Notes under the pieces: model-generated
The model's input: only the letters and a program-made list of their open reading frames with translations
Database searches by the model: none
Told to the model about the DNA's origin: nothing
Origin: Lama guanicoe
Taxonomy: Eukaryota
Assembly: GCA_013239625.1 (NCBI GenBank)
Contig: MU054212.1
Location: 4,198,650-4,262,649, forward strand
Length of the DNA: 64,000 nucleotides
Direction: 5' to 3'
Part shown: positions 37,621-50,426 of the stretch, one piece after another
Layout: the number at the start of each line of letters is the position of its first letter
Numbering within the stretch: position 1 is the first letter of the stretch
Translations under genes and position numbers: made by a program

Positions 37621-38184
37621 AAAGAAAAAAAGGTCAGTTCTCTCCCATTTTTCCTCTTCTGCCCCTGGATTATGTTCCTTTAAAAATACCATCTGAAGCT
37701 CAGAAGCTTAACCAAGACCTCACCAAAAAAGGCTGGAGATGAGGCCACATTTAGCCTCCTAAGTTATATATTTAGTCTGAGTTTATACCATGCTTTAGAT
37801 CATCATGATTGGCTGAAGGAGAGTGAGACTATGGAAATGATCAACGTTCCCAACTCCATCTAAGTTAAGATTCAAGTTGGAAGGAATTTGTAGAGAGGCT
37901 GACATGGCCACACATCAAGGTTACAGTCTACAACCAAACATTAATTATTTCAGATTGTTTGCATTTATTCCACCCGAGCTAGTAGAGATAATTAAAAATC
38001 CCTTTGCAATAAACAAACAGAGACCAAATCAGAACAAACATTGCCAGGTTTTGGACTCCAATCTCAATCCATTCTTTTCTCAAATTCCCATGGCCCATGG
38101 AGACAGTCTTGGGGATTTTTCAAATTAGGTATTATGCAAATCTTGTACTTTGTGTTTTATAATGCATTGGAATTGCACGTTTGA

Positions 38185-38420
38185 AGTGTGTAGAGCACGT
38201 TACTGAGAACCAGATAAATGTAGGTTTAGAAGACAGTTATGCCATTTACTAGCTGTGAAACCTGGGGTAAATTCTTAATTTTCCTGAGTTGCAATTTCAT
38301 CATTTATCAAACGTATATAACAATACTTACCTTGCATGTCTGATGTTAAGACTATAGTTGATGTTTATAAAGCCTTTCCTGTTGTGCGTGGTACATAAAA
38401 CATACAGAAGAAATGCTAAT
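38185..38420 (+). mobile_element. MIR
   Basis: 'tgccatttactagctgtgaaacctggggtaaattcttaa...ctgagttgcaatttcatcattt...aatacttacct'. Confidence 0.8.
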
Positions 38421-38639
38421 TAGTATGGTATGGTGGTTAAATGGAAAGGAAATATTTTGTATTTTAATAATCTTTATGAAACTTTAATATAGTCTAAAAT
38501 CAATCTAATGTGAAGGTGAATGTGTTGGATTTAGAATTAGTGAACTTTCATATCTGTATGCCTATAATTAATTTATTGTCCATTTGTTTATTTATAGTTC
38601 ATTTTAAATATATGCCAAGCTTCTAACTGATAGAATGTT

Positions 38640-39600
38640 AGCAATTCCCTGGAAGATCCTGTGTTTTCTCTCTGAAATTATAACCGTCTCTCATCCTCGG
38701 AAGTCACCATAATCCTGAATTTTTTTGTTTGGCTTCATTTTTATTTCATTTTTTGATTTCATTTTTATTTAAAGCTCATACAAGGGTATCTTTATCAAAT
38801 ACATCATTTACTTTTGCATGTTTTTATACCTCTTATAAATGGAAGCATACTGTATGCGTTCTTCTTAATTTTGCTCAATATAATTTTTACAAGAAGTATA
38901 CAACTGTTTTAAAATTATTTTTCTGTTATGAGACTTTTTTGTTGTTTACATTTTTTCCCAAATAATGCTTCTAGAAATATTTCTTGTTCATGCTTCATGT
39001 ATATCTCTATATTTATTTATATATACATATGCACACATACACACAGTTTTTCTAGGATATGTTTCTTGAGTGGAATTGTTCGGTTTGAAGACAGGCACAT
39101 TTTCAGCTTTACTAGACAATACCAATGTATATTCCAACATGATCGTACCTATTTCTATTCCTGCAGAGCAATAATACTTAAAAGACTTGGGCTAAGATAC
39201 ACCGACCAATTGAACAGAAAGTCTGGAAGCTAATCTTTGTGAACATAGGACCTTGATTTATGAGAGTGATGACACTGCGGATCAGTCAAAGGTAAGGATA
39301 ATTGGTTAGCCGTGGAGAGAAAAAAATGGACTGGATCCCAAGCCTTCCTTCATTCCAAAACCAAATTTCATTTCCAGGTGGATTCAAGACTCAGATGGAA
39401 AAAGCAAAAGTATAAACATTTGAGAAGGCCGTCCAGGAGTATAATTCTATTACCTCAGGCCAAAAACGTTTCTTAAAAGAGACAAAAAAGTGAAAACTAT
39501 AAAGGAAACAAACATCCATAGTCTACTTCATGCTTTGTTCACCCAGGGACACAAAACGGGGAGTAAAAGAGGAAAATCAGAGAGTGAAAAAAATGTCCAT
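38640..39600. mobile_element. Old L1 (L1ME-like) with internal inversion
   Basis: 38640-39168 is antisense 3' L1 (tataaatggaagcatactgtatg, gagtggaattg, ttcagctttactagacaataccaa); 39170-39600 is sense ORF2 (accaattgaacagaa, ttgatttatga, ccaggtggattcaagact). Confidence 0.7.
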
Positions 39601-39704
39601 TTATTTTTTTGAAAAACTATTTTTTATTTTTTATTACAAGTTGACCAAGTAATAATAAGGCATAAATGGATAAATTAGAAGGTAACTAAGCTATTATTGT
39701 CTAG

Positions 39705-39960
39705 CAGGAGTCATCAAACTTTTCTTGTAAATGGTCAGATAGTGAATATTTTAGCGTTTCGTGGGCCACATACAATCTCCATCACCTATTCTTTATATAC
39801 ATCTATATAAATACATACAGATAAATATGTTTATAGTTGTCATTATATTTATATATAAAGCAAATCTTTAAAAACGTAAGAACCATTCCTAGCTCACAGG
39901 CAGTGCCAAACAGACCACAGGCCAGGTTTGTCCCATGAGCTGCAGTTTGTCCAGCCCATG
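39705..39960 (+). mobile_element. MER58C-like hAT MITE with AT-rich interior
   Basis: CAGGAGTCATCAAACTTTTCTTGTAAATGGTCAGATAGTGAATATTTTAG...aaccattcctagctcacagg...ggccaggtttg...gcagtttgtcc. Confidence 0.85.
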
Positions 39961-41689
39961 GAGCTGCTGTGTTAACCACAGGAGTACGTGTAAGAGTATT
40001 AAAACCTGCATTCCTGTGGACACCTGATCATAATACAGGGCTACAAGTGTCTCCAAACTACTGTTTATCCAGCAACCATGCTTTTTTACCAGTGAGGAAA
40101 CTGAGGCCCAGAATGGCCCAGAGCTGGTGGTCAGAGAGGGAGAACAGCCTCCAACTGGCCCCCACATTGCTCAGTGCCGCCCCCCTCAGACAGCGTCAGC
40201 ATCCTGCAGTGGGGATCCTCCTCGCTCCTGTTGGGCCTGATGTGACTTCACAGTTAACAGGCAAGTCACGTTGTTGGTGGACCGGACGTGGGCCGTGGCT
40301 TGTTTGCTAGCCTCTTGGAATAGAGAAGAGAGTAGCTCATCAGAGCTATAATAACATTCCTTTTTACTAAACTAATCTTTCAAAAAAGCTCATAAAATAA
40401 GCAGTTTTATCCACCGCCTGTTCCAAAATGGACCACTTTAAAAGGCGAGAGGAGCCAAATTGATCCCAGGAAGTTTCACTGGAAGCAGACAGTCCCATCA
40501 GCACCTTCCTTCTAAATTAAAACCAGAGACACCGTGAGGGGAACTGCTGGCTTTCCATATGTTCTTGGTCTCCTTATATAAAATTCTCTTAGGAACTCTG
40601 TCCTGAGCTCCTAACCTCAAAGCAGACATTCTGGAAACTTTTAGTTTGAGCAAAATTCAGTATTATGGAACTTTTATTTATTCTCAATAGATATGGGAAA
40701 GGTTAGTAGGTATTATTGACCTGAAGTATAATAATGTCCCTCAAGGCTAACCTTTAAATCTTTATGTGCTCGGTAATTTAAGCTATTCAGAGCATCCTTC
40801 TCTGGATTATTGGAATATTACAACATTCCATAAAGCTATAATAAAAAGAATAGTGGAAAAGGGCAAAGGGAAATTACCCCATCTTCCATGATTGCTCTGC
40901 AGGGCATTCACATACTCAGTTTACTGAAATAAGGTTCTTTTGCAGTCTGCAGAGTGTCTCCTAAAAGAAATATTGCAGAATGATACTAACTTGAAATATC
41001 AAATCCCTTTATTAATCCAAGGAATTAAATTACTCCTTTATTAATAATATATTAAATTAACATCTTAGCTTTACTGAGATAAAAGACTCCTGTACTATTA
41101 CTATTGTTTATGAAAAGATATAGTATAATTTGATAATGCTGGCTTGCTAGCATTTTGTTTACCCCAGTGTTTACATAAGGGTGATAATTATTTCCTTTGG
41201 GTTGTTTATATATAATAGTTATTGGGTGATGCTAAGTTGCTAATTCTAAGTCCCTCTAGTGACTGAGGTGTATAAAAATTTCCCTAGTGAGTTAGGTTTT
41301 AAGCCATTGTTGCTTTAATACTTTCTAATGAGCATAAATTCTAAGCTGGAAAAAAATATTTGCTTATTCTTCACGGAAGCTCCTACGTAAGCAAAGAAAC
41401 ATTCCTGGAAGCAAAATATATCACAAAACTGTACTGATAATCCTGAAGATAGCAAACTGCATTAATAATGATAAAGATCATACTTATTTAAGTCTTCAGA
41501 TCATCAGGCACTTTTCTTAGGTCAGTTAGCAGTGTTTTATGATTGCAGTAGGTAATGAATAATTAGCATTAGACTTCGTATCACATTCTCAGTAGTAATT
41601 ATAGTTCCCAGGAGTGGTGCCTTCAGAGATAACACCAGGGTTGAGCTGATGTCATGGTTCACTTCATGAAACATTTAACGACAGAATGG

Positions 41690-42960
41690 GGGCGTAGCAT
41701 AGATGGATACATTCATAGATACAATAGACCTTTCAAGAATAACGCTCACAAAACAAGGAAAGAAGAAATCTTCCATAATCTAATAAAGAGTATCTATTTT
41801 TAGAAATACTAGGCACAAATAATACTCTTGGAGAAACATTAGAAACCTCATTAAATTCAGGGGAAAAAAACAAACCAAGGATGCTCTCTGACACTAATCC
41901 CATTTAGTGTTGTCCTGGATATCTTAGGCAGAAAATAAGATAAGAAAAAAGAGTTGAGTTATATGAATTAAAGCAAAAAAGGCAAAATCGTCTTTGTGTG
42001 CAAATTATTGTCTATGAGTGATCCAAGAAAATTAGTAAGATAATTAGTATCTGTATGACTGCAGGAAAAGCAGCCACAGTAACGAAAAGTCCGGGCTATC
42101 CAGGAACAGATCTGTTAATAAACGTGCAAATCCCTACTTTGTAGAAAACTACAAAGCTCTTTCCTAAGACATTAAGGAAGATCTAAATTAAAAGTGAGGT
42201 AAATAATGTTCATGGATAAGAAGGCTCAGTATTGTAAATATGTCAAGCTTCCAAAGCTAATTTATAAATTGAAAAACTTCCCAGCCAACATTGTAACTAG
42301 CTGTTCTGTGAATTCTACAATCTGATTCTAAATTTCCTGTGTAAGACTAAAGGGCCAGCTACTAAAACAAGCTGAAGAATAAGCTTAGGAGATTCACCCT
42401 GTCAGATACTAAGATGCATTCAAAAGTGAACCTAATTAAGACAAGACAGTACTGATGCAGAGACACTTACAGATCAAACACATAGATTAGAGAGATCAGA
42501 AAATAACAAATAACTTACCCACATTTATGGAAATTCGAAATGTAAGAGGGACACTTAAATATTGGTGGGAATAAATGGAATACTTAATAAACCACATCAG
42601 GTCAGCATCCTTTGCAGATTCTAGGTGCATTAAAAGTCCACATGTGAAAATTTAAATATAAAAATCTTTAAAAGAAAATTTGGGATCATTTATTAGTAAG
42701 CCTCAGGTATGGGTAGATATTAAACAAACTTCAAAGAAAGAAAAAGTTTGATAGACTTGACCAAGTTAATATTAAATTTTCTACTCAACGAAAGACATCC
42801 TAAACAGAATTCGTAGACAAATATCAAATAGGGAGAAGTTATTTTCAACATGTGTTTTTCCACAAAGCGATCATATTTAAAGTATATAAGGATCTCCTAA
42901 AATCAGGAAAAAAATAAAAACCAAAAAAGTATATAGCAAAGAAGTCGCAGAGGAATTTCA
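41690..42960 (+). mobile_element. Old L1 ORF2 fragment (about 1.3 kb, heavily degenerate)
   Basis: A-rich, with ordered L1 motifs: 'caaggatgctctct', 'gacattaaggaagatctaaat', 'tgttcatggataagaaggctcagtattgtaaatatgtcaa', 'ctgattctaaattt'. Confidence 0.8.
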
Positions 42961-42984
42961 GATTAAAAAAAATTTCATTTCTTT

Positions 42985-43182
42985 ACACGGCAACAGCATT
43001 GCAAAATGGTGAGAGAAGATGCCAAGTTCTGCGCTAAGTTTATAAGTTGTACGTTGTCATTTCAGCCACCTTCTGTGGCTCAAAACAAATCATAAGGACA
43101 GCCCAGATTCAAAGAGTGAAGAAATAGCCTGTTCTTACTGGGAAGCGTTGCAAGTAATTTATGGTCACTCTTAGTCTATTAC
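42985..43182 (-). mobile_element. MLT1 (H/I/J-like) LTR fragment
   Basis: 'caaaacaaatcataaggacagcccagattcaaagagtgaagaaatag...ctattaca'. Confidence 0.65.
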
Positions 43183-43689
43183 AGCTCGGGATCAGGAACA
43201 ATGGACGGTTTTTTCAGGAAGACTGTGGAGAGGAGTTAACCCCAATTATTGCCAGTTGTGGGAAGCAGTTGCTTCTCTTGGCTTGGGTTGGATACTTGGG
43301 ATGGGTACAATTTTCCTTGATTGGTTGTGACAAGAGTTATAGCCAGCATTCGAGGACTCTGCGTAAAACAGGGGTGTCATTACCAACTGTAGGAGGAATG
43401 AATGCTGGGTAGGCAAAAACAGTGGAGGCTGTTTCACTGATGGACCTTGGGAGAATTGCTTACCTTTCTTGGATCTGAGCCGGGCGCCCTCATTTGCGAA
43501 TTGAGAATGGTAAGTGGAATGCTCACACGGCTTTCTCGGGGTGCTATGATTCTATTACTCTGTCTTCTGTACCCATTCTGCTTCTCCGTTTTGCAACACC
43601 AGTTGCTTCCAACAGCCAAAGACCATGTGCTCCCCTTGAATTTCATGGTAAATAAGAAAGTCTGGGTTAAAAAAATCCACACCTGCAAT

Positions 43690-43800
43690 TAGACCCTAAG
43701 TTCCATGAGTGCAGGAAATAGATCCTGTTCACCTCAGAACTCTCATCCCTTAATGTATACAGAGCTTACTAAATATCAGTTTCATATTGGACGAATCAAC
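43690..43800 (+). mobile_element. L2 3' end
   Basis: 'ttagaccctaagttccatgagtgcagga...tgttcacc'. Confidence 0.55.
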
Positions 43801-44674
43801 CAGTTATGGAATCTTTAGAAGCATCTCACTATTTATGGATCTGAGTTATTGTTTTAGATGGCAGGGCGTGATTTAATTCAACAGCATACCAAAGGTGTTC
43901 TTTCCTACATTAATTTTATCCTAGTCTTTCACCCTTTCCACAATTACCTTTCCCTGACTTACCAAAGAAAAGCCCACCTTTCACGCATCCTGCGTCTTAC
44001 TGTGGTGTGTGCACGGCTTTTGGTACTAATTCCTCTGGAATACCAAACAAAGGACAAACGGAAGTATTAGTGAAGAAGTTAAAGAGAAATGAATGGTTCT
44101 AATGAACAGCTAACACATACATTTCCAAGTTAACTTGTTTCTAATCCTTCACTTTTAACTAAATGGTAAAAGAACCTATGCAATCTGTCATCTGATAGAT
44201 TATTAAATAATTATGGCTGACAGAGCATTGGTGTGATTTTTGACATATAACTAGCAAGGAATTAAAATAATTTGCTAAAATTGCCATAATAAAAATCTTT
44301 CAATTCCTAAACACTTATCTGTGTTGATAAAGTTTCTTATTTCTTATTAAAATGAAGGAATTACATTATATTATGTCTGGAAAGAGGATGAGGCAACCCT
44401 TATCTATCCCAGTTCTTGGCAAGCCTTAGAAATTACAGAAAACTATCTGATTAGTTCCAGTGGCGAATGTGAAGAGGAATTCCTGGGGGAGTAGCCTCAT
44501 GGATACCTAGATCAAGAGATGGCAAGCCCGACCCAAAGTGTGGCTTATGGGCTAAAGTGGCTGCATGAGCAAAGGGAGAAAGTTTCCCCTCTGAGGGGGA
44601 CTCTTAATAAATATGGTGCCCAATGGAACTGAATAGTGTTCAGGGAGAAGCAAGACCATTACCTACGCAGAGAC

Positions 44675-45247
44675 CAGGATCAGCTGCATAATCCAGGGGG
44701 CCCAATGAAAAATGAAAATATGCTGTATTTACAAAACAGAAACAGACTCACAGACACAGAAAATAAACTCATGGTTACCAGCGGGGAGAGGGGATGGGAA
44801 AGGACACAGTGGGGGTTCAAGACTTGTGGATACTGACTACTGTATGTAAAATAGATAAATAACAAGTTTATACTGTATGGCGTGGGGAACTGTAATCAAT
44901 GCCTTATAGTAACCCGCAATGAAAAAGAACATGAGAAGGAATATAGGAATGGCTGAAACGTTATACACCGTGCACCAGAAACTGACACAACGTTGTAAAC
45001 TGACTACACTTCGATTTAAAAAGGAAGGGAGGGAGGGAGGGAGGAAGGAAGGAAGAAAGAAAGAAAAAGAAAGAAAGGAAGGAAGGAAGGAAGGAAGGAA
45101 GAAAGGACGGACGGACATACACTGGCCCTTGTTCAAAAATTGAGAATTTCAAGATGGTAACAGCCAAGCATTTAGTCAGAGTGCAAGACCCTTCTGACTA
45201 GGAGGCCTTGCCCAACTGCAAGGTCACATTTCCACGAGGCTGCCTCG
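44675..45247 (-). mobile_element. MER45A (hAT-Tip100), split by an L1 insertion
   Basis: 44675-44725 'caggatcagctgcataat...ggcccaatgaaaaatgaaaat' continues at 45125 'gcccttgttcaaaaatt..gaatttcaagatgg'. Confidence 0.85.
44726..45116 (+). mobile_element. 5'-truncated camelid-type L1 3' end with GA-rich microsatellite tail
   Basis: 'tatttacaaaacagaaacagactcacagac...ttgtaaactgactacacttc', then (GGGA)n(GGAA)n(GAAA)n(GGAC)n. Confidence 0.92.
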
Positions 45248-47160
45248 CCACAGACCTCCACTCCACATCAGCAGAAACCACCTGGATGAGATTGAATTTG
45301 CCAGAAGCAGGCCAGGGCCATTTCTGCGTCATTAGGTGTCCATGATCAAATAAGGACATCTCTGTGACCTTCTTTTATCCATTCTCCTAGTCTCCAGCCT
45401 CAGAATGATTACTGCCCAGGAGAAGAAAGGAGGAGGAATTTTCTTGGAGCCAAACCATTCCCATCCCTTCCTCTTCACCAAGAAGTGGGGGTCTGTGCGT
45501 TCGCCTGATGTAGGAAGGAGGAAATGAGAGCCTGACTCTTGTTTGAGATTGCAGGCTTTTATTAAATAAATGAACAGAACTGAGTCTTAAATATCAAAAT
45601 GCACCTATGCTAGTAATGATAGTAACTGAAAATGTATAGCAGCTGGCAAAAACTTAATTAACAGAGCCACTAATTAATGAGAAAGGGAACATTAATAGGA
45701 GAAAGTTCAGTTCAACTGCAGGAAGAAGTAATACCATTCCATGCAGATGAAACAAAAGATTGAACCTCCTCAATAAACACAATTACCTAAGGAAGCATAG
45801 CGATGCTGAAGGTAGAGTAAGAAAACCCAAAGGACAATGGGAAGGCAGAGGGAAGAGAGGTGACCGGCTTGTGGGTTATCAGGAGGACCTCAGAGAAGAG
45901 TATTTACGTTGGAGGATTTCAGCAGGCATCATCAATGTGATGGGCTCCACAAACTTGATTTCACTTAAATTCAATCAAAATGGTAATTAGCCAAGAGAAT
46001 TTTATTTTTAAAACCAGCGTTTAAAGTCAAAACTATAGAAGTTGGATAAAAAAGAAAGTTACCTTCAGAATGTCATCTATAGCCTGCAAATTTTGTGATT
46101 CTTCATAAGAAGCAAAGACTGAAGGTAAACACAGCCCGTTTCTCTGGTGCTTCATGCTGGCCTATGATGTCACAACCAGCTAAGAGACTGAAAGTCAGAG
46201 ACCAATTCAAAAAGGCTTTCTGATTGATCTCCTGGACGCGGGAACACAGTCCAATACATAACCAGGGAATGGAAGACAGAGGCACAAAAGGCAACATTTG
46301 GAAATGAAAATACTGGTGCCTCGAGGGAAGAACAATTGAGTATAACTGTGGAAACGACACAATGGAATTATGCTGGTAATTTCCCCCTGCTGCACATATA
46401 AATTATGCAGAGAATATTGGATTGGTAGCTTCTCAATGGTGAAAACTGCCTATTTGCTTCCAGGCCTTGGCAGAAGCGAGAGCAGTGCTGGGAGGAAGGA
46501 GAGAGCAGGTGATAAAGGAACAGGGGACATAAAAAATTGTGTGCATTCACAGGGTACCGGGAGACTGAAACATCTAAACATGCAAGCCGCAAGCCAGGCT
46601 TAGAAGAGATGCGCATTTCATTTAACCTGGGATTTGGGCTACCGTGTTGGCAGGTATAATAAGAAGCTTCTTAAATAATTACCAGCTTCAGATAATTGCT
46701 TGGTTCACAACAAAATTAACAACTCTTAGGTGATGTTTTCTTTGCAAGCACTAAAAGGGCTTACTTCTATCCTCTATTTTCTTTCTTTAAAACATTTTCC
46801 AGCAGTCTGTCAGATAGGCAATAATTTCAAAACAACAACAAAAAAAGATAAGGAAAGCAAAAAAAAAAAAAGTCTTGCCCGAGGTTTCTGCTGTGTTCTT
46901 TACCTTTTTTTTTTTTTTACAAAAATACAATTTGATTCATGCTCTCTGATTGCTCTTCATCAGTGGAGATAAAGGTATATGCTTAATATTGATATGTAAT
47001 ATAAAATATCACTGTGTTATATCATACTTCGCAAAAGAGACTGTTCTTTGTTGAAAGTGATCATTTATTTAGAATCACTTCTTAAGCTACTGTTTATAAA
47101 GCAGTGTTCTGTATCAGCACTCTCCAACAGAAATATCATGAGAGCTATCAATGCGAGGCA

Positions 47161-47608
47161 TCTGTTCGGTAGGGCAGAAGTCAGGTCAGGCCTCACTGGG
47201 CTACAAGTTAGGTGTGGGCAGGTCTTCATTCCTTCCCAGAGGCTGTAGTGGAAAATCTTTGCCCTTGCCGGAAGCTTCTAGACACCGCCAGCATTTCTTG
47301 GTTCATGGCTCCCTCTGACCTTCAGAGTCAGATATGGTAGACTAAGTCTTTCTCACATTAAATCACTCCAAACTCTTCTGTCTCCCTGTTCTACTTTTTA
47401 AGGACCCTTGTGATTACCTTGACTCCACTCAGATAATACAGAATAATCTTCCTATTTTAAGATCAACTGATTGGCAAATCTAATTCCACCTGCAACGCTA
47501 ATTCACCATTGACAGTTAATGTAACCTATTTACAGATTCCAGAGACTAGGATAGGAACATCTCTTGGTGGGGCAGGGATGGGGGTCATGCGTTGTTCTGT
47601 CTACCACA
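47161..47608 (-). mobile_element. MLT1D-like MaLR LTR
   Basis: 'ctcactgggcta...ctactttttaaggacccttgtgattac...ataatcttcctattttaagatcaactgatt...ttctgtctaccaca'. Confidence 0.88.
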
Positions 47609-47993
47609 GATAGTGTATACTTCACAGCATTGCTGTGAGGATTAAGAGAAGCACTATGTGAAGCACTTTGAAGAGTATGTGCTCATAATAATACTGGTAG
47701 TATTACAATGAGTAGAGGGGATGAGTACTGTCAGGAGGAGAACGAGATGGAACACTGCAGCTATCCAAGTTATGGAACTTAGGATGCATTTAGTATGAGG
47801 ACCTAAGCAAGGAAAGAATAATGCTTTGGGTCCCGAGAACAAACAGATCTAGAGTATTACGTTCCATCCCGGTCATTATACTGCAAAAGGACATTTACAA
47901 ATAAGAATCAACCTCAACAAGAAAGACAAGAATGATGATGCAAGCTGAAACCAACTCAAGTGGGATGCAGCATAGGTGGTGGTTAAGGTGGGG

Positions 47994-49001
47994 TGGGGCT
48001 GGCATCATGGGGGTGTGAGCCGTGCAGTTATACCGATACACAGCTGTACAGAGGGCCCGCGCTTGGCTGAACGCCCTGCTGTAGCCATCTTGAAATTTTG
48101 CGTAATTTCGTCTTTAAATGGGTGTTTGGTCGGTGTCCTGCTGGACAATAGAGCATGTGTGTGAGTAGAGAAGTTACACACGAGACACATGTGCGCAGTT
48201 CCTTTCTACTCCTTTCCCACGTAGCGTCATGAGGAACCATGAGCACAGAATCCTGGAGGGCCCACCCTTGTGAAAGTCCAGCCAGACTCAAAGTGCGTGA
48301 AAGGTAAACGTGGTACTTAAGTCTGCAGCTCAGAACATCTGGAGGCTGCCAGTCAAGAGGTTCCACTTGAACCAGAACTTTTTTCAAACACAGAAAGAAG
48401 GGAATGACTCTTAAGACCCATGATTGACAAAGAAACCCTGTCATATCCTTTCCTACTCATGTGCCTTGCCTTGTATTAGCCAGTCGCTTACACTGAAAAT
48501 AATAGTGGGAAAGGGGAAAAGGGCAGCCCAGGGTTTCTTTTTCTTTCAGTCCTTCCTTACTCATCCCCAAGTCAAAGGGAAAGAGTGTTGGTAGAATGTG
48601 TGTATCTGTCAAGACGTGGAATAAAAACAGTTGAGTTGGTCTCATGCAACATTTCTGCTGTTCTGGCAAAAATGTATAAGCTGCGAAATATGAATTGTGT
48701 GATTTCAGTGATCTTGCCTTTGAGTTAAATGCTTTTTTATTTGCATTTAAAACTGGCATTGTACAGTTACAAAGATGAATGGTAACAGTCATGTAATCAT
48801 TTACAATGTAATTTTGTCTTCCTTAGAATGACATTGTATAGTAAATTTAAAAAAAAACCACAAGTTGCAAAAGAGACCCTGGGAGGAAGGAAAACACTTT
48901 ACATTTTAGTACCTTTAACAGCCGTTTTTCTTTGCTTTTTGAACAAGTGGCCCGGCATTTTCATTTTACACTGGGTTCTGCAAATTATATAGCCAGCCAT
49001 G
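47994..49001 (+). mobile_element. MER45B (hAT-Tip100), near full length, nested in a MIR
   Basis: Starts 'ggggctggcatcatggg', contains 'gccatcttgaaatt' and 'gagagtgttggtagaatgtg', ends 'tttttgaacaag..gcattttcattttacactggg..ctgcaaattatatagccagcc'. Confidence 0.9.
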
Positions 49002-49185
49002 CATGATAGCACTGGAGTTAGATCGCATTTGAGAATTCTAGGTCCCCCTTCTACTAGTTATGTAACCTTAGATTAATTATTTAAACTCTTTGTGCCTTAG
49101 CTTTGCTCGTAGGGGACAGAGAGACTTGATAGGGTTTTAGCACAGAGTTTTAGTTAATCCAGGTATTGCACTTAGAATAGCATCT
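49002..49185 (+). mobile_element. MIR remainder (its head lies at about 47965-47990)
   Basis: 'ctactagttatgtaaccttag...aaactctttgtgccttagcttt'; head 'gcagcataggtggtggttaag' precedes MER45B. Confidence 0.65.
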
Positions 49186-49384
49186 GTCTCACACCGCCAG
49201 GGGGTGAGCCACACAGTAACAGGATCTTTGTCTATTTTGTCCGGGCACCTAAAGCCATGCCTGATACAGGCCAGTACTGATGCATACTACCAATAAATAA
49301 TTTTTGAAAGGATAAATGTACCCAACAAACAAGATCATTGGTTCCCCGAAACTAGCCATGCTCTAGTACAATTTCTATTTAATA

Positions 49385-49520
49385 TTCTATTAAAATAGGG
49401 ATTTTGGAGCCCCATCTTCCCAAGCCTCTGATTCTCTGTGTTTTGAGTACAGCCCAGAAATAGACATTTTAAAAAGCTCCGTGGGTGATTTTAATGAATT
49501 CCAGGTTTGGAGGCCATTGC
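49385..49520 (+). mobile_element. MER5-like hAT fragment
   Basis: 'ctctgattc...gcccagaaatagacattttaaaaagctcc..gggtgattttaatg...caggtttggaggccattg'. Confidence 0.7.
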
Positions 49521-50265
49521 ACTTTTAATGTACTTCAACATACCCACCCTTTTCCTTATTCTAGTCTCGATGCCTGTGTTTCTCATTTCCTTTCTCCTTA
49601 TGGTGAAATTGTAGGTATTCTTCTGGGCCAAGTTCCCTTTGTCCATGATCTAGGACAATGGAATGCATAATTCACTTTCATATTTTATTATGTTTTCTGA
49701 TGTGAATACTGAATGTTTGTAAGCTACTAGAAGGCCAGGTATATACCGTGTGCATATTTCATACCCAAAGGAAACTTATATACGAAAGCACCTCACATGG
49801 TTGCTGAGTTAATTACTAAATGCTGGATTCAGTGGCCCTGGAGAAGATGCAATGGAGGGAGATTGAAGGCAAGACGCAGCAACGAAGGTGAAGACAAGTA
49901 AGCCTTCTCATTTGAAAGGGAAGCTCAGCCGCATCTTTAGAACAGAAGTTTGTAGACCTGCGGGCAGCAGACCTCATGTAAGAGTCCTGTAGGGCGTATA
50001 CACGTCATGTGCTTTGGTATCACAGAATGTGTTAAAGGCATGTGACTACCACAGCTGCCTCCTTTCAGAGGAAACTTACCTTAACTATTGGGCCTGCCTG
50101 TCAAAGAGAGGTAAGATAGGAATATAGAGGGTGGGTTCATTTTGCCAAAATTCTGAAGCCTAAAATACCCATATTGGGAAAAAAAAAATCAGGAAGCAGG
50201 TCCAAAATGTATGTTTCTCTCCCATGTCATAAGAACCTTTTGTTTTATAGCAATATAGAGGTTTT

Positions 50266-50426
50266 GGTTTTTTTTATAATTGACTTATAGCTGTTTTACA
50301 AGGCTGTGTGTTTTAGGTGTACAGCAAAGTGGGTCAGTTATGCATAAACATATGTATTCTTTTTCTGATTCTTTTCCATTGTTGGTTATTATATTGAATA
50401 TAGCTCCCTGTGCTATAGTAGGTAAA
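50266..50426 (-). mobile_element. Short L1 3' end with TSD
   Basis: 'ttttaggtgtacagcaaagtg...tattgaatatagctccctgtgctatagtaggt'; TSD AATATAGAGGTTTT (50252-50265) / AATATAGGGTTTT (50427-50439). Confidence 0.85.

Larger units (their letters stand above)
44370..45755 (+). mobile_element. Possible old LTR (LTR78-like) hosting MER45A and an L1
   Basis: Composition and motifs loosely resemble recalled LTR78; weak assignment. Confidence 0.3.

Noticed and set aside
44837-45167. Low-complexity ORFs (FLPS and RKEG repeats)
   Set aside because: Translations of the GA microsatellite tail
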